From Lingula anatina (taxonomy: Eukaryota; Animalia; Brachiopoda), in assembly GCA_051362555.1 (NCBI GenBank), contig CM120641.1, positions 5,022,001 to 5,086,000 on the forward strand: 64,000 nt of DNA, given 5' to 3'. Below the pieces are notes generated by a model, which worked only from the letters and a program-made list of their open reading frames with translations, did not search any database and was not told the DNA's origin. The position numbers and the translations under genes were made by a program. Shown here piece after piece: positions 1 through 15,300 of the stretch. Positions within the stretch are counted from its first letter, which is position 1; every line of letters starts with the position of its first letter.

Positions 1-326
1 TGTAAAAAATTACAGAACATTACATAAACTCCCTGCATTATAAGGATAAAATCAGCCTTTTAACAGCTTTGTTTGTTTTAACTTTGATATGGAGTTAACT
101 GAAAGCTAAAGTCCAAACAAATCGTAAGTAATTGTTTATTTGTGATATACAATAACAGCTGGATCTATAGGATGAGTGTACTGAAAGACCCCTTTGCACC
201 TCACACATTTACCCCTTGCAAATAAATTCCATATATCTGGTGAAATGTTTTAAACTTTTACGCCAAATATATTCAATTGTAAATTAAAAATGTCCAACCC
301 TTTCCACTTTTGACTCTTTTTCTCAC

Positions 327-2729
<2,403 letters not shown>

Positions 2730-3977
2730 ATGGCAGAAGCCAGCGCTGGGGACAGCGGAGACCCAGCACGAAATGAAACTATGCAGCAAGATAATTTACA
2801 ACAGAGGAGGCAATCTGAAACACCCGAGGAACAAAAGACAGCAGGGAAACCAATGGTTCCCGTCACACTGGTGCCCGTACGAGCCGACTGTGTGGCCTTA
2901 GTATTTCCACGATGGCTTTTTTGGTCTGGTATAATATTGTGTGGAACTGTTGCCGTATGGTGCACGGTATGGTTGGTTATTTCTTGGACCCTGCCGCACT
3001 TCAGCGTCCCTCCAGGAATTATGGAGAACATGGGGGTGGACGGCGTGATGATGTTTAGACAGTATGATAGAAATGACGATGGGGTGCTCAGTTTGGAGGA
3101 GTTTGAGCCACTGGCCCACAGGCTGATGGAAACAAATGTGGGTGGATAGTTACTTATGGATATGCATAATATATGTGATACATACACAATTACATGTACA
3201 CACAAGCGATCACATATTCTTCCCATTTTGAGTCTCACCCTTGTTGTTGCCCCCCCCCCCCCCCACACACACACAAATGTACTGTAGCTCTCCTTATGTA
3301 ATTTATAATATGGCCATCACCAGAGTGTATCTACTTCACCAGCCATGTGAACTTGAGTTGTTATTTAACTTCAAATTGTTTTTTGTAAATGTGTCCTAAA
3401 TAAATCCCCCTATCTCGATCACCATTCATATCCCTCAATTGATACATATCCCACAAGATGCCCCCTTATCAAATATATAGTTTTATGAAAATACTGGATC
3501 TTCTGTTGCACATACAGAAAAAAACTAGTTGCTCAAAACTGGCTTTGCAATAACATGGTTGGAATATCATTGCTACAGAAATAAGTGAAATGTACTAAAT
3601 AATCTTATTGTTATTTTCAGTACTAGTAGTCTTAAATTAATTTCATTTCCTGTTATTGAGATATCTATTTACTTATCTATATATATCTATTTATTATAAT
3701 CATCAAAAAAAAAATTTTTATAATTATTGTTTCATTACTTATGTTTCAGGAAACCTATGAATACAATTCCACAATAGATGAGCAAGATGAGGTGGTCACT
3801 GTGCAGACTTATTTTGAACCTCTTCGGTTAGAAACTATGACCAAAGACTTAAATGGAATGGTAAATATTTTTTTCTGTGATAAAATGACCATAATGCCAT
3901 TTGATTTTCTAATATATTTAATTCACCATGCAGTGAAATAGTTTTATGGAATTTAAAGCAAACGTTAATTTATTTTG

Positions 3978-4008
<31 letters not shown>

Positions 4009-7000
4009 GCATACAATACCTGGTATTGTTATCTGTTATGAAAATATGCCTATTAAAGATTGATTCGAAAACCTAAGACTGCAGTTATCAATATATCCTA
4101 GTTTTCAGATCAATGTATAATGAAGTAACTATCACTCAATGTAACTAAACAATGATGGGCCAAGTCTTAAAGTACTTAGTAAATCAATAACTGTTGCTAT
4201 TAGTGATATAAGAAATAAAAGCAGAAGTGGCCAAGTCACAAACGCTGACACTTGGATAGTTTTATTATTGTTTTAATAATAAGAAAATTAAAAACCAAAC
4301 AAACCTTAACAGGAAAAAGTCTTAATTGATACTACCAGGGAACTAGATTTTGATTTTAAGGTGTAATAGGAGTCCTTATATGATTCAGTTGTTGGATAAC
4401 ATAGTCAAGACTGCTTTTGCTTTACTTTTTCATGATTTTGATCTACCTATTGTTTGATAGCATTTATTACCATATTATGGATGTATGCATGGATGTATAA
4501 CAGCATTTTTCACCAAGTCAAAAAAAGTATACATTTTTTTTTTTTTAGTTTTCAGGCAATCTGCATTCTCTAACAGGCCTACAGCATTGGAAAACCCCCA
4601 ACAAACCAGGTCAGAACTTTGCAGCAAAAGACTTCTTCAATTTGTTACCAAAAGACCGTTCTATTCAGTCCAAATTTGGAGAAGTTTATAATATTATTGC
4701 AAACCCAGGAGGAGACATATCTATGGCTGCACCAAGGTCTAGTAACCGCTACCACCCACCACGATTGGTTGATGAAAGTGAGATATTTATCCACAAACTA
4801 TTGACATTATTTCATCCAAGACCATTTGTTCACATGAGATTTCAGCCCAGAGGATCAGTGGGTTGTATTAGAGCCTACAATGATGACTTTGTTGAAGTAG
4901 TTTTCAGGTGAGTCAGTATATTAAGTAATTTATTATAATAAGCTTTTTGGCTCAATTTTCACTTTGTTTTAAACAACATCAGAATGAATACATAACATAT
5001 CTATTTCGCTATTCTTTTTTAGATTGCATATTTTCATGTCATTTTATTGTGCATGGGAAAGGAAAAACTTTCTCCAAACATTTGACATTTTTTGTTATTT
5101 TTTTAACCATTACAAAGAAAAACTATCACTATCTTTTACAGAAAAATTGATTGTGTTTGATGTTAATAACATACTTATTTCAGAATCCATGCAGAATTTC
5201 AGCTGAATGAACCACCATTTAGCCCATTTTGGTTCACCCCTGCACAGTTCACAGGTCATGTTATCATTCAAAATATGCAAAAAGTGATTTCCTTTGAAAT
5301 GTATGTGCCAGCAGAAAAGAACCTCAACGTGGGTGAGTTGTCACTTGAATGTCAACACATATTTTTCATCGTACGTAGTTTTCTTTGTAGACCAGGTACA
5401 TAAAAAAATTGAAGTGAACCTGCGATAAGTATTATATGGGAAGTTGTTGCGGGTTGTTTTGTTTATAGACATTATTCCAGATAAAGCATTTCTATAACCT
5501 GGTAGATGAACTTATGTGGCAAAAATTAAATCACAAAACCCACATATTTTGGGAAATGAATTTCCGATTGTCCTATGTAGCATGTGAAATACATAGCTTG
5601 TATAGGGAGTAGCGAAGCCTAAGGGGCGAAACATTTATGTATTTTTACCCAGTTAAGAAGAGAATAGATCCTGGGCATTTTTGTCACATTAAAAGGCTAC
5701 TCATTGCAGTCTACCATTGTGAAGTTTATTTTGTTCCATGCCATTAATTTTATGAAGTTGACATCACATCTCAGCCATATTGAAGCTTCTTGCATTTGTA
5801 TACGTGGTTCGACTTTATTTACAGATATGGAATGGATAAATAGTGGAACAGATGTTGAAAACATGGAAGTGGACATTGGTTACATGCCCTTGATGGCCCT
5901 CAACATAACAGGACCCTCCGTCCCAGCTATTTACCAAGGGGAAGACATAAGAGAACTTGTCCTTGATTTTATCTCTCAGCCCAAACCAGACATAACATGG
6001 ACTCAAGAAATAACATTGGAGGAAGCTCAGAAAAGAATGGAGACAGTAATGTATCCATTTAAGCAGGTGTGTAAATGATTTATGTCATGCATTCAAGTTT
6101 TATTTCACATGTCATACATTTAGATTTTGTTCATTTCACAGTTCAAGAAAGATGAAGTGGCAATGGCTTTCAAATGCAAAAAGATACAAAAAGCTGCAGT
6201 GAATAAAAATCGAATGTGTTTTTTTAATGTAATTGAACCTTTAGTTTTGCATTTTCATTGAAGCAGAGTAAAACAAGGAAACTTTTATAGCATGCATTGG
6301 GTTACACTCATGTATGTAGCTTAAGTTTTTTTTACTTGAAGTAATTCATTTCTTAAATATCCTTAATCTCTTTTCAGGTCCCATACATAAATTTTACAGA
6401 AGCATACAGTCTTGCCTCCAAGGAGAACAAACTAGTACATTCCATATTACTTTGGGGTGCACTAGATGACCAGAGTTGCTGAGGTTCAGGGCGGACTCTC
6501 AGGGAAACTGCCCTGGAGAGTTCGCCCGTTGTCTCTCTGCTGACAGAAGAGTTTATCAGCACATGGTCATTGGTTGTTGATCTCAAGGTATGTAACTAGG
6601 TATTTATGATTAAAACTAGGACCATCAATGCCAAAAAATTAAGATGTCCATTAAAATTGAAATTGAAAGCATTATGAACATTTTACAGCATGCTTACACT
6701 ACCTAGTAATTGTGGTTTTTGAGCTAAACATATCTTTCTTCTGTTCAAGGCCTTGGAAAAGGATGAGAACCGACCAGAAATTGCACACCATGCAAAATTG
6801 GCCATGGAGGCCTATACTTTCCCAGTCACCATGATGATAGCATTTCCCAATGGAACAGTAGTTAGCAAAGTTAATGCTAATACCTTCTTAGATGAGACTC
6901 CAGGCATACTAGAATCAGGGTAATTTCCTCAGGTTTTGCTTTTTCACATTTTGTTTATGAGCACCATGACTGATGAGTGTATGATATCCATTTCATTACT

Positions 7001-7418
7001 AGAACAAGAAAATTTGGAGATTTTTAAAAAGTGTGTTGATATGTACATTTCCTAAAATAGTGTAATAAGTTGAAGAGATTTAAAAGAGTAAGATGAGAAC
7101 AGTTTTTATTTTAACTTCTTTATTTTTCTTTCACTGTGCAGTAACTAAGAGTAATTACATGAGATTCAACTTGCATTAGTGTCATCATGTATCTAAATCA
7201 TGCCATATTACTTTACACTTGGTGTCAGTAAAATGAGGACATAAGTGAGAACACATACTGAGATGCACAGAAAATGCTAAATAAAATCTTTTATTTATTT
7301 CAGATTTAGTGATCCATCAGCTGTGGCTTATCTGAAGTTTTTAAAAGAAGGCTTGAGGTTAGCTGAACCTGATAGAACATTAGCTACACAGCAGACCATA
7401 GACAGGCAGGAACTGTAG
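2730..7418 (+). CDS. SELENON: Selenoprotein N (~587 aa, Sec at ~residue 458)
   Basis: Exons 2730-3137, 3750-3860, 4549-4907, 5184-5332, 5825-6066, 6378-6587, 6750-6919, 7304-7418 (1764 nt, frame-consistent). Recognisable motifs: N-terminal TM helix, EF-hand [59 protein letters not shown], and [29 protein letters not shown] with the in-frame TGA at 6480-6482. Confidence 0.96.
6485..6517 (+). promoter_or_regulatory. Selenocysteine redefinition element (SRE) stem-loop
   Basis: TTCAGGGCGG (6485-6494) pairs with CTGCCCTGGA (6508-6517) just 3' of the Sec UGA, as described for vertebrate SELENON/SEPN1. Confidence 0.8.
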
Positions 7419-8315
7419 GTCTTTGCTGTAAGCTGCATCTCATGACATTGAATAGTAATATCTGTAACAACCACGATATATTAACCAGAGAACTTTTAGA
7501 TAGGAGTCATAATTTTGAGTTACACCTGATATGTGTACCATATATAAGTGTCTGAATAATGTTCTTGTGCATAATATGTTGTTTTAGAATTTGAAAATTC
7601 AAAATAAGTATTAGAAAATTATGGGAAGAAATTGCACTAACTTGATTATTTTGATCATGATCTTCACCAATGAAAAGTATTAGGTTGTTACAAGTTACCT
7701 CATTTTTTGTGATGAAGTACTTAAACATCATTATTGATTTTTTTTTCAAATTTTCATGGTAAGAATTTAACAAAATGTTAATTGTCTTCATGTTAGGAGG
7801 TACATTAGTTAAACTTTGCTGTTCTGCATTGCTTTGAGACTTTAATACAAAGAACTTCAAAGGTTAAGCACTTCAATTGTTTGTTTACAAAGATTGCTTG
7901 ACAAATTGATCATTTTGTGTAAATACCATTATTTTTTTATCTCTATTTGTTTTCTTATATCATGTTCTTGACTGCTTAATGCTACAGTTATTTTTTAATT
8001 ATATTACAAGTCTTTTATGCAGGTAAAGTTTTTTTATGGCAAAAATATATTATGCAATGAATAACTAAATTTGTGATGATGATACCAAAACATGGAGTTT
8101 GTCCATGGTATAATTGTATCAGTGATTGTGTAATTACACTTTTTTTAAGTAGTGACTTTAAGGTTAGATGAAGGATTCCTGGAAAGGAATTTTTAATGTG
8201 GAATCTTTTTCATGAATTTTTTAAAAAATGTATGTTTTATAGTTGGAATTTAACTGGTGGATTACCATTTTTGAAATATCTTTTTCTTTCAGTTTCTGAT
8301 GTTTTGCTTAACTGT

Positions 8316-8385
8316 AACTGTGTGCCTATGAAAATTGAATGGTAAAGCATTTTGCACATTCAGTTGGATACCCTAACATGGTTTA
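8316..8385 (+). promoter_or_regulatory. Type II SECIS element in the SELENON 3' UTR
   Basis: ATGA 8328-8331 and GA 8367-8368 form the non-Watson-Crick quartet. Helix II is AATTGAATG (8333-8341) with CATTCAGTT (8357-8365). An unpaired AAA (8344-8346) sits 12 nt after ATGA. The apical mini-stem is GCA-TTT-TGC and helix I is AACTGTG/CATGGTT. Confidence 0.88.
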
Positions 8386-8714
8386 AGTGAACCCACAATG
8401 TTCAGAATCTGACCAACAAGTATTTCAAGATTGGTGTTTTTTTGCCTTAACTGCAGGTGCATCTTGTTAAGCACATATATGAGTTGTGCAAGAAGCGTGC
8501 CATTGTATTATATGTTCAGTACGATAAGTGAATAAGGAAACATTGACTGTTCTGTTACACCTCTTGTGTAGATGATCTCATGCCACAGTTTTGTAATGGT
8601 AAATATGTTTGTTTTGTGATGGCCTGCCATCAGTTTTTCTCCATAGTTTGTATTTTTTTATGCTGTATGTTAAACCATAGATATAGAATGTGTAGTCCTT
8701 CATTATTGTTTGCA

Positions 8715-8720
8715 AATAAA
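8715..8720 (+). terminator. Probable SELENON polyadenylation signal
   Basis: AATAAA downstream of the SECIS, followed by GT/T-rich sequence, ~600 bp before the NEK9 ATG. Confidence 0.55.
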
Positions 8721-9333
8721 ACATTTCTCTGTGATACTTATTTTGAAGTTATCCAGTTACTGTATCTTTGTATGTATGTATACTTGCATATACTGGTTAG
8801 TGACAAACAAATCCATGCCTTGTGAACAGCAGGCAACTCAGCTGCCATATTTCCATATAGTGAGCAGTTAACATATTTAACTTGACAGGGTAAAAGGGAT
8901 TTTGAAAAATATTAATCATGGCCTGATATACCCCTGTCTCCCCTAAATTTGACAGATTTGCTGTCTAAATATGACAAAATATGTTAAGTATTTCACAAAA
9001 TATTTGATCAAAGCTTTTGAAAGTTGTTTAAATGTAGGAATTTCGTAACTTTCAAAATATTTTGTAGAACTCTTAGATCTATCTCATTAAATTTAACACA
9101 AACATTTCTTCATCAATGTTAAACTGTTTTAAATTTTTGGATTTTTCCATATTCAATTACAATTCTGCATGTTTAATATCATTATTCATGTGTTTAAGCA
9201 GTGCATTTTTTGCAGTTACTTTGGGTTCATTAACAACTCTTTCTGCTTCTATGCATTTATCAAGTCTCTTAAGAAATTGACCAATCAGATGCCTAGATTT
9301 ATTCGATGTGAGCCTTGTTTGTTGACATCAAAT

Positions 9334-12300
9334 ATGGACGACGTGAGTTTTGAATCTGACATCTCAGATGATAAATTCGAGTCTCCTGTGTTGTCAGAGG
9401 GTTCACAAGACGTGTCTTATATCCCAGTAAGGGTGCTAGGACGAGGTGCATTTGGGCAAGCCGTGCTTTACAGAAAAACAGAGGTAGGAATAAAGTTAAT
9501 AAACTTGTATAAGTTGCCCCTGCAAATGTGTGAAACTAGTCTACAGGGCAATATTTGCAGCTGGCTTAATAAATCAATGCCGCGAGCATTTAAAACCAGG
9601 TCAGCCTTTAATAAAAAAAAACGCATGCAGTTTGTAGACTGAAAACACGATGAATGACATAGATGTTCCTCAAATTTGTATTTCTATTGCGGCATGGAAC
9701 TGGGAAATAAAAATAAAAATACTTCATTTTACTACTAGCATCTTTTTTTCAGGACAACACCTTAGTTGTATGGAAAGAAGTAGATTTAACCAGGCTATCA
9801 GAGAAGGAGAGGAGAGACTCTCAGAATGAAATTGACATTCTTTCCCTCCTCAATCATGCTAATATTGTCACATATTACAACCACTTTTTGGATGGAGAGA
9901 CTCTACTTATTGAAATGGAATATGCTAATGGTAAGATTTTGTATAGCCAAAATGGATTTGTTTAACCTTAGATTTTTTATAAAAGCAAAAAATAGTTATG
10001 TTGTTTAAGGATGTACGTTTCCATAGTGTTGTGTAAAATTTGTCAATATAAATCTTAGGATGACAGTGGGATTAATCTTGTTTGAACATACCCTGTATGT
10101 GTAGGTTAGATTGTTTCCATTACTTTAAGGTAAGATAAAAATAAGAGAAATGTACCAAAGAAAAAAATGATATAAGTTTTCAGTTTGTAAAACATCTCTT
10201 TGTAACTCTCTTGTGTAAGTAACAATAACAAAATTTTTGTTACTTTAACTTACTTACTTCCTGTTAGGCTTTGTTTGCATTTGATTATTTAAATATTTCA
10301 TTGCAGGTGGAAATTTATATGAGAAGATATTGCAACAGAAGGATCTGTTTCCAGAAGAAGTAAATGTTTTGATACCCACACTTAAAATCATTTTATTATA
10401 GATTGTTACTACTTAATTATTATATTTGGAAGGCTACCGAAGCAGTTCAGTGATAAATACTCACTGTATGATTCTTGTATGGGTTTTCACAGTAGGGGAT
10501 TGCTGCATAATTGTAAAATTTCAGTGTGCTTTATCTTATTGCAATTAACAATAATTATATTCTATTTAGTTTATAATTATCTTCTTTTTTTTAGTCTGTG
10601 ATTTGGTACTTTTACCAGTTGGTTTCTGCTGTGGTGCACACACATGAATACGGTATTTTACATAGGTAAATGCATGATATGCCATTCTAAATATATGTCA
10701 TTATTTACAGAAATATATGTCATTTTTTACACTTGCTCAAAAAAGTTAGTAAACATTGCTATTATGAATAACTATAGAATAACCATATGAGCTAAGGTAA
10801 ATATTGGTGGATAATGCACCCACCGTTAGTTTCTTTTTTAACATATACTGAAGATTTTCCCACTACATTACATGGTTTTGTAATTATTGAAAAACAATTG
10901 CATGTTTCCGAGTCTTTTTTTTTTTGTGGTCAATCAAGTGTACAAATGTATATAAAATATTATTATACATATACAAAATGAAACTCCATGCTCAAGATCA
11001 CATTTTAATTTTAAAAAAAAGTGACAACATGAAAGTTTTTCTTCACTATGGTATTAACTGAATTAAGATACAAGGTTCTCTTTCTGAATACCACATCATT
11101 GAATATATACTGTATATTGTCTCTTCATTTGTAGGGATATCAAGACCTTGAATATTTTTCTTACAAAGTCGGGACTAGTCAAATTGGGTGATTTTGGAAT
11201 CTCAAAAGTCATGGATAGCAAAACAGAAATGGCAGATTCAGTATGTAATCCAGTAGACCCAACAGAACATGCACATTGTTATCTGACTAATTACCTGGAT
11301 ATGAATAATTGTCATACTGAAGTAGTCAAATTAGTCAACCTACTTTAATTTCTTCACAGAAACCTGAAACACTATTTGATAAACTGCTTGAATTCAACAT
11401 TTGCTGAAGTTATTCTAGGATGACTATACAACAACTATGATTTTTATCATTCTGATGTGTGGTATTTCCATAGAAACATATCCTGTCATAAATAGCTAAT
11501 TATGGTTAATAGATGGAAAAAATTTATTTCACAGCCTTGTTTACATTTCTTCTTATAGTATGTTGGTACACCATATTACATGTCCCCAGAATTGATCCAA
11601 GGAGATCAGTAAGTGTTCATATGATTTATCACAAAGGAAGATTGAAATAATATTTGATACATAAATTGTAACTATTTTAATCGCTGTCAACAATAAATTA
11701 GTTTGATGTCATATTCATCAATCTTTGAAGAAAGTAGTTATTATTTTATGCAGGAGTTAGTATTTTATGCAGGAGAAGTGGTGAATAAAGGCAATTAAGG
11801 AGAATCAGAAAACATCTTAACACAGAAGAAAAAATTAGTGACTGAATTGTACTGGGGGGTTGTACTCCCCGAGACAGAAATATGTTGAGTTCATTGATAA
11901 CCCTGACATTTTGTTTCTTGCATAAGTTAACTCTTGAAGAAAGTCAAGATATGTAGTAACTCTGTTCACATATTATTTCAAGTGTACAGTGTGTAATGGA
12001 GACATCATACCAGAATAATCAATGAACTCAACACACCTCCTCCCTAGGAGTTCAACTCCCTAGTTACTTGAAGAAATTCTATAATCTGTCTGTATCTGCT
12101 CCAGGTATAACATGAAGAGTGACATCTGGGCTGTGGGTTGTGTGCTGTATGAGCTGCTTACTCTCACTAAGACATTTGATGCTACTGTAAGGGACAGAGA
12201 TTTTGATAATAATTTAATTTATTGTCTACTAGATTACTGGATTGATTTTACCATAAGAAATATAGCTAATGATAATGATGATGATAAAAATTAATAATAA

Positions 12301-15300
12301 TAATAATAATAATAAAGAGCTTTCACCACTTTGTTCAGTTTGGAAGTCTGTCAATGTAATCAGTCCATGTATGTGTATAAATGTCAGTATTTGTTATTTG
12401 ATAATCATATTTAATGATCATTTTAAAAGAGGTTCAATATACATTTGTACCAGTCTTGAATTTCATGCTGTATTTTATTTTGCAGAACCCTTTAAAATTA
12501 GCTTCCCAGATAGTGAGGGGCGGGTTTGCAGATATTGATCCTATGTATTCAGAGGAAATCAGGACACTGATGCATGACTTACTAAACAAAGATCCAGTGC
12601 AAAGACCATGGGCTGAAGACATCTTGAAATACCCTGCTATGGCAGTAAGGGGGAGGTACTGTCTTAAAGACTGTTTAACAAATGCAAACATTGAACATCT
12701 TTCTGTCTATAATATGTTGGGCTCCCAGTGACTTGAACAGTTTGACTTGTATTTTAATTATGATTTGATTTGACCAAAGAAATTGAAAAAGTTTATTATT
12801 TATTTATTTATTTGTGCAGAGCTGCTGTCTAATTTGTTAAGATTTGTAGTATTGAATCATGAAGCATTTTTTTAAAAGGATCCATATGCTATTTTAAGGA
12901 TCCTTTTTTCCCAGAATGAATATATTCAGGAATTATTGCTTAGTACAATATTGCAAACATTCCAGTGAAATAGAACAGCATGTCCACAAATTGAACTCAG
13001 CAACCAGAAGGGCTCGGGAGTTTGCACATTCACTTTCAGAATACACCATTCCAACCATCACTTCAAAATCTAGTGAGGTAATTCAGCATATTGCTCGTGA
13101 CAATGTCAAAATGAATAATTGAGTTAGAAAATAATTATAAAACAAATCTTTCAAGTAACCTTCAGTAAATATTTAAAGTTGTAATCTGGAATTGCACTGA
13201 TGTTTAACTTAATTGTTTTTTATTTCATTTACTTAGAATTTTTTTTTGCTAAGACATTTTTACTTGGACCTGAATGTCACGATAGTTTCAAATGGCATTT
13301 TTCATTATGATGTTGCCACACTGTTTACACATTTTTCAGGTCTATTTCTGGGGAGGGGGAAAAGTTACACCACAAAGACTGGAGGTTTTCAAAGAGGGTA
13401 AAAGTGCAATACAGGTGAGGGTAGGCTTTAGTTTTAAAAATTTAAGTGTTTGATGTTTTTATGTATCCTTTGTTGTTAATTAATTTAAGTTTGTATCAGA
13501 TATAAGTATTTTTAATACATGCTAAATGTGTGTTTTATATTTAATTACATCGCCTTTATATCATTCAGTCTGCATCTGATATCTTGTGTGGCAAGTTGTT
13601 AGTAATTATATTTTTCCAGGATTATCACAGTTGAGATGTTGAATCACATCTGACACATTCTCTAGTAAGCCGACATAGCTGATGTTTGACCCATCTCTGG
13701 TATATTTTAGGTTGCTGCAGGGCATGCACACTTTGCTGTGGTCACAGTGGAAAAGGAACTCTTTACTTGGGGAGTAGGTGCACAGGCTGCTTAATTTGTA
13801 CTTGCTACAGCAAATTCAGATAGAAGTTTTTTTTTTTATCAGTTTTAGATTTTTACTTCTGTTGGAGAGTCATGAGTCATATTTAATTTTAATTTCACAA
13901 TGATAAACTCTGATACTGACAATATATGATGTAAAATTATTTACTGAAATATGTATAGCAACTTTAATAAAACATAGGCCAGGGGCAGATTTTGTGATTA
14001 AATTTGAAACTGCTCGTCTGTCATCCAGACTTACAGTATTTTAAAGTCAGTTTGTAAGCCATTTCCTAATAAGTAACATTTTCATAACATACAGGGGCTA
14101 TATTTGTCTAAAAAAAAATACAAACCACCCTTTAGAATTTGCTGAAGAATTACATTTTCAGTCCCAAATATGAGTCATTGTTTATTATCTGGTCTCTGAG
14201 ACACTGTGCTGTCTTTGATGCTTAGATGTTTATCTATCCAGAATGCCCAGGGAGGCAGTGGCATGGTGGGTCAGCTGGGCCATGGGGATACAGCAGCCTA
14301 TAAGGCACCAAAGAAAGTGGACGCCATGGAAGGCATCAGTGTAAAACAAGTGTCATGTGGGGAAGAGTTTACTGCATGTGTGACAGGTCAGTGTCAGGCC
14401 AAAAACAGGTGTGAAAAGTTCAATTTTCTGTGCATCCCCCCCCCCCCCCCCCCCACCCCCAACAAAAACTCTCCACTAGTCATGGTTTTGTACCATTCTG
14501 TCTGCTTGAACCATGGACCCACTGATTAGGGTGCAGGAAAAGGGTATAGCTGTGCAGAAGTGACCTTTTGCTGGGTTGGTGACTATTCTGTTATGGTAAT
14601 TGACTGATGATGATGATAATACATGGAAGGATTCACTGGTTTTTACCTGTATAAACCCAATATGCAAGTTGTATTTTCTTATTTATTCTGAACTTGCAAC
14701 TTGGATTTTTTAAAATGTTACTTAAATATGGTTTTTCTTACTAAATCTGAACTCACAACTTTAAAAAAAATATTAAGTTTTAACTTCTTTTTTACCTTAT
14801 ACACAGTGATGCAAAAAGACTGAAGAAAAAGTAGATATTGAAAATTAAACAAGTAAGATAAATTATGTTTCTAGCCTATGACAGTCCAGTTATGTTATTT
14901 TGTCTGTGATAATATGAATTAAGTAAATTGTTTCAGTAGTTTATCTTTATAATTTGTCACTATGTTACTATAATTTTGGCAGATGAGGGTGTTGTCTATG
15001 CCTTTGGTTCAGACTACTATGGCTGCCTAGGATGTGAGGGACAAGAAGGAGATGAAGCACACTTCCCGATTACCATTGATTTCTTTCACTCCAAACCTGT
15101 GGAGCAAATCTCATGCGGAGATGCACATGTTGTGGCATTGACAAAAGAGGGAGAAGTTTACACATGGGGCTGTGGGGAATATGGTAAGTGTGTTGTTGTA
15201 GAATTTTACCAATTATATGTTCACCTTTCTTTTGAATTGATAGTTTTCCTTTCTATATAAATTGGGATCCCACCAACTTTTATATTACCATCTCCACACA

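Noticed and set aside
6480-6482. In-frame TGA read as a premature stop or pseudogene
   Set aside because: It aligns with the SELENON Sec position (SCUG), conserved coding sequence continues, and an SRE and SECIS are present.
8073-8125. Hairpin GTGATGATGATACCAAAACATGGA...TCCATGGTAT as a second SECIS
   Set aside because: No GA is correctly placed opposite the TGA, so the quartet cannot form.
8168-8213. Hairpin ATGAAGGATTCC...GGAATCTTTTTCAT as a SECIS
   Set aside because: ATGA is Watson-Crick paired and there is no 3' GA.
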